IMG/VR virus record: IMGVR_UViG_3300009610_000010
Coordinates: 1-61,760 of that record
Origin: a virus
Reading direction: 5' to 3' (one strand)
DNA length: 61,760 bases
Shown: positions 7,096 through 17,402 of the stretch, piece by piece
How positions within the stretch are numbered: position 1 is the first letter of the stretch
Layout: every line of letters starts with the position of its first letter
Position numbers and translations under genes: made by a program
Notes under the pieces: generated by a model
What the model was told of the DNA's origin: nothing
Database searches by the model: none
What the model saw: only the letters and a program-made list of their open reading frames with translations

Positions 7096-7876
7096 GGGGC
7101 TCCGCCAGGGCCAGCCACCCCGCGGCTGCCGCGGGGTGGGGCATGGGCAGTGGGCTCAGCTCCTGGGGCGGGATGATGTCGTACGGCCTGAAACCCGTGC
7201 CCGCCTGCTGCATGTGCACCACCCTTTGGTCGGGCACGCTGTGCGGCCCCCAAAACCAGCTTTGCATTTCGATCGCCTTGGTGATCAGCGCCTGCCCACT
7301 GCGCACAAATCCATAGTGGAACAGAGTCACCCGGTCAACCATGCGGCGGTCGGGCCCGTGCGGCTCCACGATGCTTTCGGCATCGCCGCCTGCGGGCACC
7401 CCCTGCAGCCCGATGCGCGTGGGCTCGTCTGAGCAGGGTTTGAGCCGCGAGCCCAGGCTAATGTGATGGTCCAAGTCGCCATACAGGTTCAATCGCCGAA
7501 CCCTGAACGCTTGCTGTCCCCAGCCATCGGCCGCCACCAGGGCGCGCAGCGCTGTGTAGCTCGACTCGTGCAGCACCTCGTCGGCCTGAATCATAAAGTG
7601 CCACCGGGCGCGCACGAGTTCGCGCGCGGCGTTGGCCAGGATCATCAAGCGCTCGTAGTTGCCGGCCTGCTCCCACGGCACGTTGGGAAACACTCGCACA
7701 TTGCTGTGCCGTGTTTCGATCGTGCGCAACAGCGCCAGCGTGTCATCGGTCGAGTGACAGTCGAGCACCACCACGTCGTCGCACACGGGCACCAACGATT
7801 CGATCGCCGCCTCGACACAGTAATCCAGGCGCACGGCGTCACGCACAAACAGCGAGCCGCCAAGCCCCGTGCTCAT
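7082..7876 (-). CDS. GT2-like (GT-A fold) glycosyltransferase
   Basis: VVVLDCHSTDDTLALL nucleotide-sugar binding motif. ATGA overlap with the upstream gene. Confidence 0.55.
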   Translation of the reverse strand: MSTGLGGSLFVRDAVRLDYCVEAAIESLVPVCDDVVVLDCHSTDDTLALLRTIETRHSNVRVFPNVPWEQAGNYERLMILANAARELVRARWHFMIQADEVLHESSYTALRALVAADGWGQQAFRVRRLNLYGDLDHHISLGSRLKPCSDEPTRIGLQGVPAGGDAESIVEPHGPDRRMVDRVTLFHYGFVRSGQALITKAIEMQSWFWGPHSVPDQRVVHMQQAGTGFRPYDIIPPQELSPLPMPHPAAAAGWLALAEPRGDV

Positions 7877-9918
7877 GTTGGCTTCCTGGCAATAATGAGA
7901 AAGCTGTACCGCTCGGTCTGGTAGTGTCGCTCGGGCCGTTCAGCCAGTGGCACGTCGTCCACGTCCAGAACATTAACCAGGATTTCCGCATCGAAGGCAT
8001 CGGCCAGCACCTCGGCAATCATGTCCTGGGTGAAAGCGTGCTTGTGGTCGGCGTTCCATGCGTTGTCGTAGTAGTCGCGATGCGGCAAGTACAGGCCCAG
8101 CACTCCACCGGGCTTGATCGCGAGCCACCACTGCAGCAGCACCGCGCGGAAATCGTGCAGGTGCTCAAGGCAGTGGCTCGACCACACCCAGTCTAGCGAC
8201 CCAGGGGCGAATGGGAAGTCGTAGTTTAGGTCCACCTCGACCTCGGCCCCACTACCCAGCGCATCGACGCCCGTGGCCGTGGGCGTGATTTTTTCGTAGG
8301 GCCCACATCCCACATCCACCCCACGGTAGCCTACCAGGTGTGGCAGCACATGGTGGCGCACCTTGCTGGTTTCGCTCACAACAAAGAGCCTCCCCAGGGC
8401 CGACCGCACACGGCCCAGTTCGAGCGTTTCCATGCAGGCCACGTCGCCGCGCTCACACCCGCACCACTCGTACCGCGGCGGGCTGTAGCGGTGATGGCAC
8501 CCAAGGCATGGCAGGTGCTCCTGCTGCACCACGGCTAGCGTTTCATGCAAGCAGCGCATGTTGGGATCAATGGCCCCAAAGAACACCACCGCGGGCTTTT
8601 TGTATGCCTGTGCCACGTGGAACGGAGCACTGTCGATGCCCACAAACGCGGCCGACCGTTCGATCACGTTGGCCAGCTGTGGCAGCGTCAGGTCGTGCAG
8701 GTTCATATCGGCATCCATGGGCGCCGCCGGCATGCCAATGCTGATGGGCCTGAACCCACGCGCCCGCACCAGGTCGGCAATGCCGGGCCACAGGCGGGCC
8801 GGCACGTTACGCCCCGGCCAGGCGGTGGGCTGCATGTGAATGGCCACGAATGGCTCATCGGGTAACCCGGCCACATGCTCCTGCGCGTACAGTTCGGGCA
8901 CGGTGCGCGAGCTGTCGATGCGCACCAGGCTGGCCGTGTTGATGCGCGCCACGTATGCCGCCCACGCACTGATTTGTGGGGTGCCCTCGTACACACCGTC
9001 CAAGTCGTACACGTAGTCACACTCGCCCGCTTGTTCGGGCGACAGCACGCCGGCCACGTGTGGGTTGCCGGCGAAGACCTCGCCATAGCGTGTGGCCACA
9101 AAAATGCGCGCCTCCGGCCACTCATCGTGAATCAACCTGGGCAGCGGGCTGGCCATGAGCACATCACCCAGGCTGCCAGTGCGGCGCAGGCACACGCGCG
9201 CATCAAACCGGCGCACTCGCAGGTAGTAGCCCCACCGGGTGCGCAGGTTGGCGTGGGCCAGCTCGCGCGCCGGTGTCAGGTCGTACGTCACGCCGTGGCC
9301 GTTGTTGGTGGGCTCGTTCACGTGTGTCAGCGGCACATCACGCACGGCCAGCCAGTAGCCCCGCTGCCGCAGCCGTAGAGAAAAGTCGGCGTCCTCGCAC
9401 CCAAACTGCCCGTAGAACGTCGGGTCGCACAGCCCGATGCGCTTGGCCACGTCGGTGCGCACCATGAAGCAACTACCGTCGATGTACTCCAGTGGCTCGC
9501 CCACATGGCCCACCCCGTCGTCACCCAGCCGGCCGTGGGTGCCCGAGCGCCCCACCTGCGCCACGCGCTCGTGGTCAAACCCCGCGCGCAGGCCCTCGAT
9601 CAGGCCTGGCCCGGGGGTGGCGTCGTTGTCCACCGACAAAAACCACGGCGCAGTGCAGTGCTCCAGGGCGATGTTTTTGCCCTCACTGATGCCCTTGTTC
9701 TCGGCGTGGTGCAGCACGCGCACCCCGGGGTGGCTGTCGGCGACCGTGGCCAGCCACTCGGCGGTGCCATCGGTCGATCCGTTGTTGGTGATGAGCAGCT
9801 CGGTACCGGCAGGGCGGTGCTCCAGCAGCGCCGTCACGCAGCGCTGGGTGCGATCGAGTCGGTTGTGGCACAGCACACTCACACAGTATTCCCACTCGCT
9901 CACGGCTTTGCTCTCCAT
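7873..9918 (-). CDS. Three-domain fusion: GT2 glycosyltransferase + GT9 (heptosyltransferase-type) + SAM methyltransferase
   Basis: N-terminal: VSVLCHNR...LITNNGSTDGTAEWL and SVDNDA (DxD). Middle: RRTGSLGDVLMASPLPRL plus the Cys cluster CLGCHH...CGCERGDVAC. C-terminal: GVDVGCGP...LEHL...KPGGVL. Start taken at ATG 9918. Confidence 0.65.
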   Translation of the reverse strand: MESKAVSEWEYCVSVLCHNRLDRTQRCVTALLEHRPAGTELLITNNGSTDGTAEWLATVADSHPGVRVLHHAENKGISEGKNIALEHCTAPWFLSVDNDATPGPGLIEGLRAGFDHERVAQVGRSGTHGRLGDDGVGHVGEPLEYIDGSCFMVRTDVAKRIGLCDPTFYGQFGCEDADFSLRLRQRGYWLAVRDVPLTHVNEPTNNGHGVTYDLTPARELAHANLRTRWGYYLRVRRFDARVCLRRTGSLGDVLMASPLPRLIHDEWPEARIFVATRYGEVFAGNPHVAGVLSPEQAGECDYVYDLDGVYEGTPQISAWAAYVARINTASLVRIDSSRTVPELYAQEHVAGLPDEPFVAIHMQPTAWPGRNVPARLWPGIADLVRARGFRPISIGMPAAPMDADMNLHDLTLPQLANVIERSAAFVGIDSAPFHVAQAYKKPAVVFFGAIDPNMRCLHETLAVVQQEHLPCLGCHHRYSPPRYEWCGCERGDVACMETLELGRVRSALGRLFVVSETSKVRHHVLPHLVGYRGVDVGCGPYEKITPTATGVDALGSGAEVEVDLNYDFPFAPGSLDWVWSSHCLEHLHDFRAVLLQWWLAIKPGGVLGLYLPHRDYYDNAWNADHKHAFTQDMIAEVLADAFDAEILVNVLDVDDVPLAERPERHYQTERYSFLIIARKPT

Positions 9919-9976
9919 TTGAAAAGTGAGGGGGCGCAATGGCACCGCAGCACCGCTTTTTCTCTGCTCCACCACG

Positions 9977-10342
9977 TCATGGCCGAAACCACCTGAAATA
10001 GTTAAGAGCAATCGGCAGCGCGACGGCAAGGAAAACCGCCACCGCGGCAATCTTTTCCAGCGCAGCGATGCGCGTGTTCAGCTCCTTGAGGTCGGCGCTG
10101 TGCGTCTCCCTCGGCAGGTAGGCCGCCTTGTCCACCGTGGCCTGCGCGTGCGCGTGGTTCAGCTCGTCCAAACGGCGGGCCATCTCCATCGCCCGCTCGC
10201 GCTGCAGGTCGTTGTCCAGTCGGGCCGCCAGCTGCGTGGCCTTTTCCATGGCCGTGAAGCGCGCTTCGATGATCTTATCGAACGCCCCGAAGCGGAACTC
10301 CAGGATCTTCTCGAAGTATTCCTGCAACCCCACACGATTCAC
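9977..10342 (-). CDS. Coiled-coil protein with a C-terminal transmembrane anchor (holin/spanin-type lysis candidate)
   Basis: GTGA overlap start (alternative GTG at 10360). C-terminal AAVAVFLAVALPIALNYF. Positioned after the tail genes. Confidence 0.5.
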   Translation of the reverse strand: MNRVGLQEYFEKILEFRFGAFDKIIEARFTAMEKATQLAARLDNDLQRERAMEMARRLDELNHAHAQATVDKAAYLPRETHSADLKELNTRIAALEKIAAVAVFLAVALPIALNYFRWFRP

Positions 10343-10566
10343 TTTTGATTCTCCCACCACGTTGGGTCCACACGGTGGTCGATCGTGCCATCGCGCCGCA
10401 CCACAAAGTCACTCTCCGCTGGGTCACGGTTGGGCTTGTCCCGCCGGCCGATGTACCGCACCATGACATCCTTCGACTGGGCACATGCCACCCGCCACCC
10501 CAGCTCGCGCGCCCGCGGGAGGCACAACGCCACCTCGTCCAGCCCTTCGATCTGCCACCGCCCCAT
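10339..10566 (-). CDS. Hypothetical protein (75 aa)
   Basis: ATG start; operon context. Confidence 0.5.
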   Translation of the reverse strand: MGRWQIEGLDEVALCLPRARELGWRVACAQSKDVMVRYIGRRDKPNRDPAESDFVVRRDGTIDHRVDPTWWENQK

Positions 10567-10569
10567 GGC

Positions 10570-11049
10570 TCAGGTCACCGTTTCGCGGTCGATCGTTTCC
10601 TGCCCGGGGCGGCACTGCAAGTGGACATGGGGACCCGAAACATGATGGAACAGCGCCACCTGGTGCTGCTCGCCCGACTGGTAGCGCCACTTTTGGTTGA
10701 CCGCGGCCACCAGCTCGCGCACCACGCTGGGGGGCAGCGTGGGCCACGTGTCGTAGGGCTGCCCGGCGCGGTACATGCGCACGCTCAGGTCGGCGCCGCG
10801 GCACCCGCTCCACGGATCGCCCAGCACACGGGCCGCCTCATGCACGCTGCTGGCAGGCGGTGGCAGGCCAGCCTCGCGATAGATGCGTACCGTTTCGTCG
10901 TGGCTGCGCCACAGCTGGGTGACGTACACGTTTTCCTGGTGGGTGTACTCGGCCCACATCCAGTCGGCGATTTCACGCACTATGCTCCACAGCGTTGGGT
11001 GCAGGCTGGCCACGTCGTGGGCCACGTAGGAGCGTACGAACGTCAGCAT
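10570..11049 (-). CDS. Hypothetical protein; weak resemblance to LAS/M15-type zinc peptidase (endolysin candidate)
   Basis: WRSHDE..SVHEAARVLGD...GPHVHLQ could be the H..D...H metal triad, but the spacing is atypical. Positioned between the tail and lysis-like genes. Confidence 0.3.
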   Translation of the reverse strand: MLTFVRSYVAHDVASLHPTLWSIVREIADWMWAEYTHQENVYVTQLWRSHDETVRIYREAGLPPPASSVHEAARVLGDPWSGCRGADLSVRMYRAGQPYDTWPTLPPSVVRELVAAVNQKWRYQSGEQHQVALFHHVSGPHVHLQCRPGQETIDRETVT

Positions 11050-11525
11050 CAGAATGGCGTGTCCGTCGAGCGGTAGAGAAATCCGAATACCGCGCAGCTG
11101 AACGATTGCGATGCCGCCAGCAGGCTGTGACGAAGGCCGATCCACTGGAAGGTGGCTACCTGTACGCCGAGGTTCCAAGTCTCATCGTAAGTGAACCCGG
11201 TCAGCCCCGAAGCTGCGAGCGATGGAAACGCTCCGGTCCAGCTAGCACCGGTATCGAAGGAAAGTTCAAAGTCCGCTGCGGCGTTTACTCCATCCCTGGA
11301 CGAGAAGGCCGTGATCCACAACCGGTCGTACACGCTCTTTTGTGGGTTGTATGGATAATAGCCGAAGTATTGGGAGACGCCGAATATGGGCGTAGCCACG
11401 TCGAAAGCGAACTTGTAGCTCCAGATCGGCAAGGCCGGCGTGATATAGTCCGTGATCACCTGGTTCATCTTGCTCGATGCAACCGGGCGCTCCTGAAAAG
11501 CCCAAATCACCTTGGCCTTGGACAT
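11049..11525 (-). CDS. Hypothetical beta-rich virion or tail-associated protein (158 aa)
   Basis: TAATG overlap with the upstream large tail gene. Visibly lower GC than its neighbours. Ends in an aromatic residue. Confidence 0.55.
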   Translation of the reverse strand: MSKAKVIWAFQERPVASSKMNQVITDYITPALPIWSYKFAFDVATPIFGVSQYFGYYPYNPQKSVYDRLWITAFSSRDGVNAAADFELSFDTGASWTGAFPSLAASGLTGFTYDETWNLGVQVATFQWIGLRHSLLAASQSFSCAVFGFLYRSTDTPF

Positions 11526-14392
11526 TAAAACACCCCCCAGCAGTCATCATCCAGTCCGGTCTGATCGGTGTCAAGCCCGAGGTAGCCGCCGCACTCGCCA
11601 CTCACAATTTCCGAGTCCACTTCGACTAACTCCATGGCCGCCGTCAGGTCGCCCGTGATGTTGCGGTCGATCGAAACGGGCTCCGTGTAGCGTGGCCCCA
11701 CGGTGGGCACCAGGCTGTCGATGCGGAACACATCGCCCATGTCCGCTGCCAGCCGCTCGACCTTGGCTCGCACCGTGTAAATGCGCCGCGGGTCCTTGTA
11801 CCGGTCGTAAAGCGCCAGCGCAATCGACTGCATCCAGGGCAGGTTCGAACCATCGTACCCGCGGAACTGCATGGTGCTCGGGGCCGGGAAAATCTTGTCA
11901 TACTTGGCGAAGCTGTCATTGTCGGCCGCCGATGGCGAAGCAAACCCGGCGGTGAACTTATTGTTTGACTCGCTGAACGCGTGCTCCACGCTGTACTCGT
12001 TGTAAATCGGCAGGTGCGCGATCGCCAGCTCCATTAGGTCGTCCGAGCTGCAAAGCACCGGGGGCTCGTCGATCACCCGGGGCATAAACGACGCCACGCC
12101 GATGTTGCCGTTGGCCTTTTCGATGAACGAGCACCCCAGGTGCAGGGCCAGCGCTTGCACCGCGGCCAGCAGGTTGAGCGTTTCGTCAAAGGACATGCGG
12201 GCGATCGTGGGGATGAACTCTGCCGCCGGCAGCACCTGGTCGGCCGCGGTGCCCACCAGCGCGTCCAGCGAGGAGTCGATTTCCGGCGCGGTCAGGTTGG
12301 CCCCGCGCCAGTCGAGCAGCAGCTGGCGCATGGCCTGCACGGCCGTGGAGCCCGCCGCCGGTCGCCACACCGTGCGCAGGCTCGTGGTGCTGTTCTTGGG
12401 GGCGGTGCGCTCGGCCGGCGGTAGGGCCCGGGGGTCCTCCCGGATGTCCCCCGGGCGGGTGGTGTCGATCGCGATTTGCCCGCTCGTGCTGGTAAAGCTC
12501 CCGGGCACGCCGTATTGGCCTTCGCCATCGAAGCCCGTGACACTCCCAGTAATGAAAAAGCTGGGCAGCGTGATGCCATCCGGGATGGCGTCGCTGGTAA
12601 AGGTGAGCGTCCAGGTTTGGCACTTGGTGGCCAGGTTGCGCGTGCCTGGCGACTGGTTGAGCAGCGTCAGGTTGCCCAGGAACCACCCAGTGGCCGGGGC
12701 GTTGGGCACGATGCCCAGCGCCGGGCCCAGCCCCACGGCTCCGCTGGTGCTGACGATACGCCCCACGCTGTTGGCCAGCAGCGGGCGATCGAACATGGCC
12801 TGAAACCGGTCGGCAATTTTCAGGTACCCACGCCCCCTGGTGCTCTGCTCTTCCAGCACCTGGCCGATGAATCGGGTGAGGACGGTTTCGCCCATGCGCA
12901 GCGCGATGAGCACCCGCTTGCCCAGCCAGCTGGGTTCGCCAGTGGCCGGATCGCGCAGAAAGCTGTTGGGGTTGGTTTCAATGAACAGCTCGTCGGTGTC
13001 GGCAAACTCCAGGTCCGCGTCCGAAGCACGATAGTCGCGGAGCAAAATGTCCCGCTCCTGGCGCAGCGGCCGCGCCAGCGTGAGCCGACCCGAAAGGTCG
13101 AACTCCTGCGTGCCACCAGGATCGAAGATGATCGACGCGCAAAACCGGTCGAAAGGGGTGGGCGCGGGCTCACTGCCCCCGCCACTGGGTAGGCTATCGC
13201 CGCCGCTGGGTGTGGGTGGAGGTGGTGGCTCGAAGTCCACCTGGGGCCAGAGCGTGGTCACGCGCAGGATCGAGCCGCCGGCAAGGGTGCGCCCGCGCAC
13301 CCCGATAACCATGCTGCTAATTTCAAGCAGCGTCCACGGGTTGCCGGTAAACGGATTCAACTGCTCCATCGAAGCGTAAAAGTTTTGCGCGGAGTTGATA
13401 TTTGCAGCTTCCGCTGTTAGGTCCTGGAAGTTCACACATGGCGTACCACCACAGCCCACATCGCTCGACTCGGCCACGATGCGAAATCGTGCACTGAGGC
13501 CAGGGGCCGCGGGCTGCTGAGAAATCGCACAAAACTGTACGCCATTTACGATGGATGCCGCGTCGATACCGGCGTCCGCCGTGGGCTCCAGCAAAATAGA
13601 CTGGCACCGCGCCACCCCACCGGCCCCCGAAATGGCAATGTCCGTGGTGGCTCCGTCGAAGGGCCTGGCCAGTGCCTGCCAAGCGGTCGCCGCGCCGGCC
13701 ACCGCCCACACACCATCGCATGCGCCATCGAGGCTGCCGTCCACCGCCACCACGTGCCCCGGCGCCGGATAATCGACCGAGGCCACCACGGCCGCGCCTT
13801 CGAGGGCAATGTCGTCAACGGCCAGCGTGTGTGTGCCGGCGTTGTCTGTTTTGCCGATGAGCAACCTCAGCACTGGGTTGGCCGATGCGGTCGTCACGTT
13901 GGTGAACTCCTGCGTGCGCACCGCGGCACCATCGGCCCGCAGTTGCACACTAATCGTGCCGCCCGCGGCCGAATTGTAAATACCTGTGATTTCGTTCCAC
14001 GTGTTCAGTGCCAGTGGCGTGCTGCCTGCCGTGCCATCCACCGTGAGCACGCCAGTGGTGCTCATCGTGAACGTGGAAATTGTTGTGAGGCCCGCCAGAC
14101 GCATCACCATCCGACCATTGATGTCGGGGTAGGCCAGCACTTTCAGCCAAACGCGGAAGGACGCCGCGGCGAACGTGAGCGTGGTGGATGATTTGCCGTC
14201 CGCATCGAAAGCCCATGCGAGGCTGATATTGGCTGCCGTCACGCCACCATTGGTGATCACGCAGCCGTAGTCGCCGCTGCGCTTTTCGGCAGCCGCAGTG
14301 GAAAACGCCACCGCCCCGGCCACACTATCCCCGTTAAGGGAAATCAGCGCGCCGGCTTCGAACCCCTCGATGCGTGTCAGGGTGTGGGCCAT
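11525..14392 (-). CDS. Large distal tail / host-specificity-type protein (955 aa)
   Basis: Size and position downstream of the tape measure and two small distal tail genes. Confidence 0.6.
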   Translation of the reverse strand: MAHTLTRIEGFEAGALISLNGDSVAGAVAFSTAAAEKRSGDYGCVITNGGVTAANISLAWAFDADGKSSTTLTFAAASFRVWLKVLAYPDINGRMVMRLAGLTTISTFTMSTTGVLTVDGTAGSTPLALNTWNEITGIYNSAAGGTISVQLRADGAAVRTQEFTNVTTASANPVLRLLIGKTDNAGTHTLAVDDIALEGAAVVASVDYPAPGHVVAVDGSLDGACDGVWAVAGAATAWQALARPFDGATTDIAISGAGGVARCQSILLEPTADAGIDAASIVNGVQFCAISQQPAAPGLSARFRIVAESSDVGCGGTPCVNFQDLTAEAANINSAQNFYASMEQLNPFTGNPWTLLEISSMVIGVRGRTLAGGSILRVTTLWPQVDFEPPPPPTPSGGDSLPSGGGSEPAPTPFDRFCASIIFDPGGTQEFDLSGRLTLARPLRQERDILLRDYRASDADLEFADTDELFIETNPNSFLRDPATGEPSWLGKRVLIALRMGETVLTRFIGQVLEEQSTRGRGYLKIADRFQAMFDRPLLANSVGRIVSTSGAVGLGPALGIVPNAPATGWFLGNLTLLNQSPGTRNLATKCQTWTLTFTSDAIPDGITLPSFFITGSVTGFDGEGQYGVPGSFTSTSGQIAIDTTRPGDIREDPRALPPAERTAPKNSTTSLRTVWRPAAGSTAVQAMRQLLLDWRGANLTAPEIDSSLDALVGTAADQVLPAAEFIPTIARMSFDETLNLLAAVQALALHLGCSFIEKANGNIGVASFMPRVIDEPPVLCSSDDLMELAIAHLPIYNEYSVEHAFSESNNKFTAGFASPSAADNDSFAKYDKIFPAPSTMQFRGYDGSNLPWMQSIALALYDRYKDPRRIYTVRAKVERLAADMGDVFRIDSLVPTVGPRYTEPVSIDRNITGDLTAAMELVEVDSEIVSGECGGYLGLDTDQTGLDDDCWGVF

Positions 14393-14404
14393 CGCGATGA
14401 GCGC

Positions 14405-14950
14405 CTACGGCGGGTCCATGGTGATCATGCCGAGCGGATCAAACGGGTGGCCCACCGTGTCGGGCAGCGTGATAAACACAAACCGATGCACAGTTTGCTC
14501 GTCCTGGCTGAACGTGTACGTGAATGGACTGTCCATATAGGCTCGCCACAAGTGCAGATTGATCATGCGGGGCGATGGGCAGTCGTCCGCTGTCGCCGGA
14601 AACTCTCTCTCAAACCGTAGCTGGTACACGGGGGCCACGCGCACCGTGCGCAGGCTGATTAGCCGCGTGCCGTCAATCTGCGAGTCTAGGTTCTCGTTGA
14701 GCAGCCGCGCAAGGTTCTCCTCCGAAAAGCTGTCCCCCGCCAGCTCCAGCCGGTAGGCCGCCGTGGCCACCAGTGGGCTGGCCACCTCGTCCGCCCCCAG
14801 GAACACGCGGCGCGTCTCGCTGTCGCCGATGTAGTCCACCAGCGAGAAGTTCCCCGCGTCGTGCTCGTCCGTACCCACGGTGATGAACAGCCGGCCGGTA
14901 CCAAACAATACCGGCGGCAGGCACCCGTCGAAGGGATTGATAATAGCCAC
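14405..14950 (-). CDS. Minor tail protein (181 aa)
   Basis: GTG start 9 nt after GGGGAG, just past the upstream stop. Positional call. Confidence 0.5.
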   Translation of the reverse strand: MAIINPFDGCLPPVLFGTGRLFITVGTDEHDAGNFSLVDYIGDSETRRVFLGADEVASPLVATAAYRLELAGDSFSEENLARLLNENLDSQIDGTRLISLRTVRVAPVYQLRFEREFPATADDCPSPRMINLHLWRAYMDSPFTYTFSQDEQTVHRFVFITLPDTVGHPFDPLGMITMDPP

Positions 14951-14955
14951 GGCGA

Positions 14956-15375
14956 CTAGCTCCCCTCCGGGGGCTGGCAGATGATTTCGCGCGTTTCCTT
15001 CCACGTCACCGACTTGTCCCACTGGGCAAAGCGGCGCCCCCGCACCCAGCGCTCGGTCATGGTGGGTTGCTCGGGCCAGAATACGGTGAAGCTGCTCGCG
15101 GGCTCTTCCAGGTAAAAGGGCATCAGAGTGAAGCTGGCGCGCAGTAGGCGCACCATTTCCAGCTTCTGCAGGGTCGATTGCTGGTAAATGTTGAACAGGA
15201 AGTCGAACTCGTAGCGCACCTCGCCCACGTACACGAACGACAGGTTTCCGGCCTGGGCCATTTGCTCGACCACGATTTGCTCGTGCCGCACCTCCAGCTC
15301 CACCACGTCGTCATCCGTGAACCACAGCTCCCCCGCGGGCAGCAGGTCATGGGCGACGCGCACCACATTGCTCAC
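14956..15375 (-). CDS. Minor/distal tail protein (139 aa)
   Basis: GTGA overlap with the tape-measure stop. Positional call. Confidence 0.5.
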   Translation of the reverse strand: MSNVVRVAHDLLPAGELWFTDDDVVELEVRHEQIVVEQMAQAGNLSFVYVGEVRYEFDFLFNIYQQSTLQKLEMVRLLRASFTLMPFYLEEPASSFTVFWPEQPTMTERWVRGRRFAQWDKSVTWKETREIICQPPEGS

Positions 15376-17402
15376 AGCGATTGCTCGTTAAGTTTGCGCT
15401 GGCGCTCGCGCAGCCGGGGTAGCACCTTGCGGTCGGTGGCCTCGGCCCAGGTGAAGGGCCCCGGCTCGTGGATTTGCACCGTCACACCTGGGGCCGCCGC
15501 CGCGGCGGCCACCGGAGCCACGCCCACTCCGGCCGATAGGCTGCTGGCCTGAGCGGCCCGCCCCAGGATCGAACTCTCACGGTCCTGGAAGCCCACAAAC
15601 CCCAGCGACTGCTGCACCGCCTTGCCAATCTTGGCCAGGCTAAAGCCACCCGAGAACACCGCCAGGATGGCCTGCAAAATGGTGGCGCGGATGATGGCGC
15701 GCGCCAGGTCCTTGAGCAGTTGCTTGAAAAAGCCCTGGAAGGCCAGCTTGGCCCCCAGTGCCGTGTCGAGCAGCGCATCGCCAAAGCCGCTGGCAATGGT
15801 GGTCAGCCCGTTGAGGATGGCGTTGCCCTGGCCCAGCGTGGTGTTCATTTCTTCGGCCGCAAGATCGGCGGCTAACAGGGCAGCGCTTAGCTTTTCGGCT
15901 GAAGTGGCCGTTTCCTCCACCAGGGCTGGGGCCTCCTGCAAGGGCTCGGTTTCGATGCCACCACTAGCGCGCAGCGGATCGCCAATGCCCGCCGCCTGCT
16001 CCTGCGTTAGCGGGCCCTGCACGCCACCCTGCCGTAGCTCACCGCGGCGTCGGGGCAGTGCATCCACCGAGCCCGTGAGGTCGCGGAAGGACTGCGCCAG
16101 TTCGTTCGAAAGTTCCAGCTGAGCCTGCGCCGCCACAGCCAGCACTTCCTGCAGGGCCTTGGCCGCCTCGGGTCCGGTGTCGGCAATGCCGCGCAGCCCG
16201 GTGACCAGCTCCTGAAAGCGCGGGCTGAGTTCGGGCATCGTGCCCGCGAGGTCCCGAGCCAAAGCCACGACCGGCCCAATGGCCTTGTCCACTTCGCTGA
16301 ACGAATCCACCAGCGCGTCCAGCGCCTCGGTGGCCGTGAGGGCCGCTTTGCCAGTGCCCTTGATTTCCTCCTCGGGTGAGGCCTGGCGCATTTCCAGCCA
16401 CTCCTCGCGAGTGGTTTGCAGCGCCTCGGTGTAGCCACCAAGCTCTTGCTTTGCCTGGGCGATGGCCTTCTTGTCGTTGACCATTTGGGCAAAGAACAGC
16501 TTGGCCGCGGCCGTGGCCACACCCAGCACCCCCGCCAGCTTGAACGTGGCAAACCCAAGGTCCTGGAACAGCAGCACCGTGCCCCGGAGCACCACCTTGC
16601 CCGCCTTGATAAAGGCTTCGAGCAGGGCGTTGATGCCCGGCAGCAGCTCGCTGGCAATGGCCTGACCAAACCCCACGGTCAGGCCGCTGAGCTTTTGCAG
16701 GTTGTCGCCGAAGTCATCGGCATCGCGCGCAAACTTGGGCCCGATCACGATGCCCAGCTCGGCGGCTTCCTTGCCAAACGCATCCAGCCCGGCGGTGCCT
16801 TGCGTTAGCAACGGCACCAGGGCGGGGCCCGCCTGGCGCCCCAGCACACCGGCCGCCGCCGCGGCCTTGAGCGTGGGGTCCTGGATGCTGGCCACGCCAT
16901 CGGCCACTTCACGGAACAGCTGCTCGCTGCTCTTTAGGCCACCGTTGGCATTGCGGATGTCGATATTGAGCTTCTTAAACGCCGCACCCGCAGCCTTGTT
17001 GCCGTTGGCCGCCGCTGCCGTGGTGCGGGTGAGCGCGCGCAGCCCGGACTGCACCTCACCGAAGGAAACGTTCGACTGTTCGGCCGCAAACTTGAGCACC
17101 GACAGCGACTCGACCGACTGGCCCGTGCGCTGGCTCACCACGGTGAGCGCATCGGCCAGGGCGATGGCTTGCTTGCTTGCGGCCACCGCTGCCGTGGTCA
17201 TTGCGGCCAGGCCACCGGCAGCCAGCAGCGCCGCGGGGTTGGTGCCAGCGACTTTCTTGATGAAGTTCTCGACCAGCTGGCCAGCGGTTTTGTTGTTGTC
17301 GATAAACTGCTTGAACCCGGCGCTGTACTTGTCGATCGACGCGCGGGCACCAGCCAGGTCGAGCACCAGCTTGGTGCTGATGATGTTTTCGAAAACGGTC
17401 AT
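15372..17402 (-). CDS. Tail tape measure protein (676 aa)
   Basis: Long Ala/Gly/Leu-rich helical protein immediately after the G/GT chaperone pair. N-terminus typical of TMPs. Confidence 0.8.
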   Translation of the reverse strand: MTVFENIISTKLVLDLAGARASIDKYSAGFKQFIDNNKTAGQLVENFIKKVAGTNPAALLAAGGLAAMTTAAVAASKQAIALADALTVVSQRTGQSVESLSVLKFAAEQSNVSFGEVQSGLRALTRTTAAAANGNKAAGAAFKKLNIDIRNANGGLKSSEQLFREVADGVASIQDPTLKAAAAAGVLGRQAGPALVPLLTQGTAGLDAFGKEAAELGIVIGPKFARDADDFGDNLQKLSGLTVGFGQAIASELLPGINALLEAFIKAGKVVLRGTVLLFQDLGFATFKLAGVLGVATAAAKLFFAQMVNDKKAIAQAKQELGGYTEALQTTREEWLEMRQASPEEEIKGTGKAALTATEALDALVDSFSEVDKAIGPVVALARDLAGTMPELSPRFQELVTGLRGIADTGPEAAKALQEVLAVAAQAQLELSNELAQSFRDLTGSVDALPRRRGELRQGGVQGPLTQEQAAGIGDPLRASGGIETEPLQEAPALVEETATSAEKLSAALLAADLAAEEMNTTLGQGNAILNGLTTIASGFGDALLDTALGAKLAFQGFFKQLLKDLARAIIRATILQAILAVFSGGFSLAKIGKAVQQSLGFVGFQDRESSILGRAAQASSLSAGVGVAPVAAAAAAPGVTVQIHEPGPFTWAEATDRKVLPRLRERQRKLNEQSL

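Noticed and set aside
10570-11049. A confident call as an M15/LAS endolysin.
   Set aside because: Only a loose H...D...H pattern with atypical spacing is present. It is reported as hypothetical with low confidence. The lysis genes remain unidentified.
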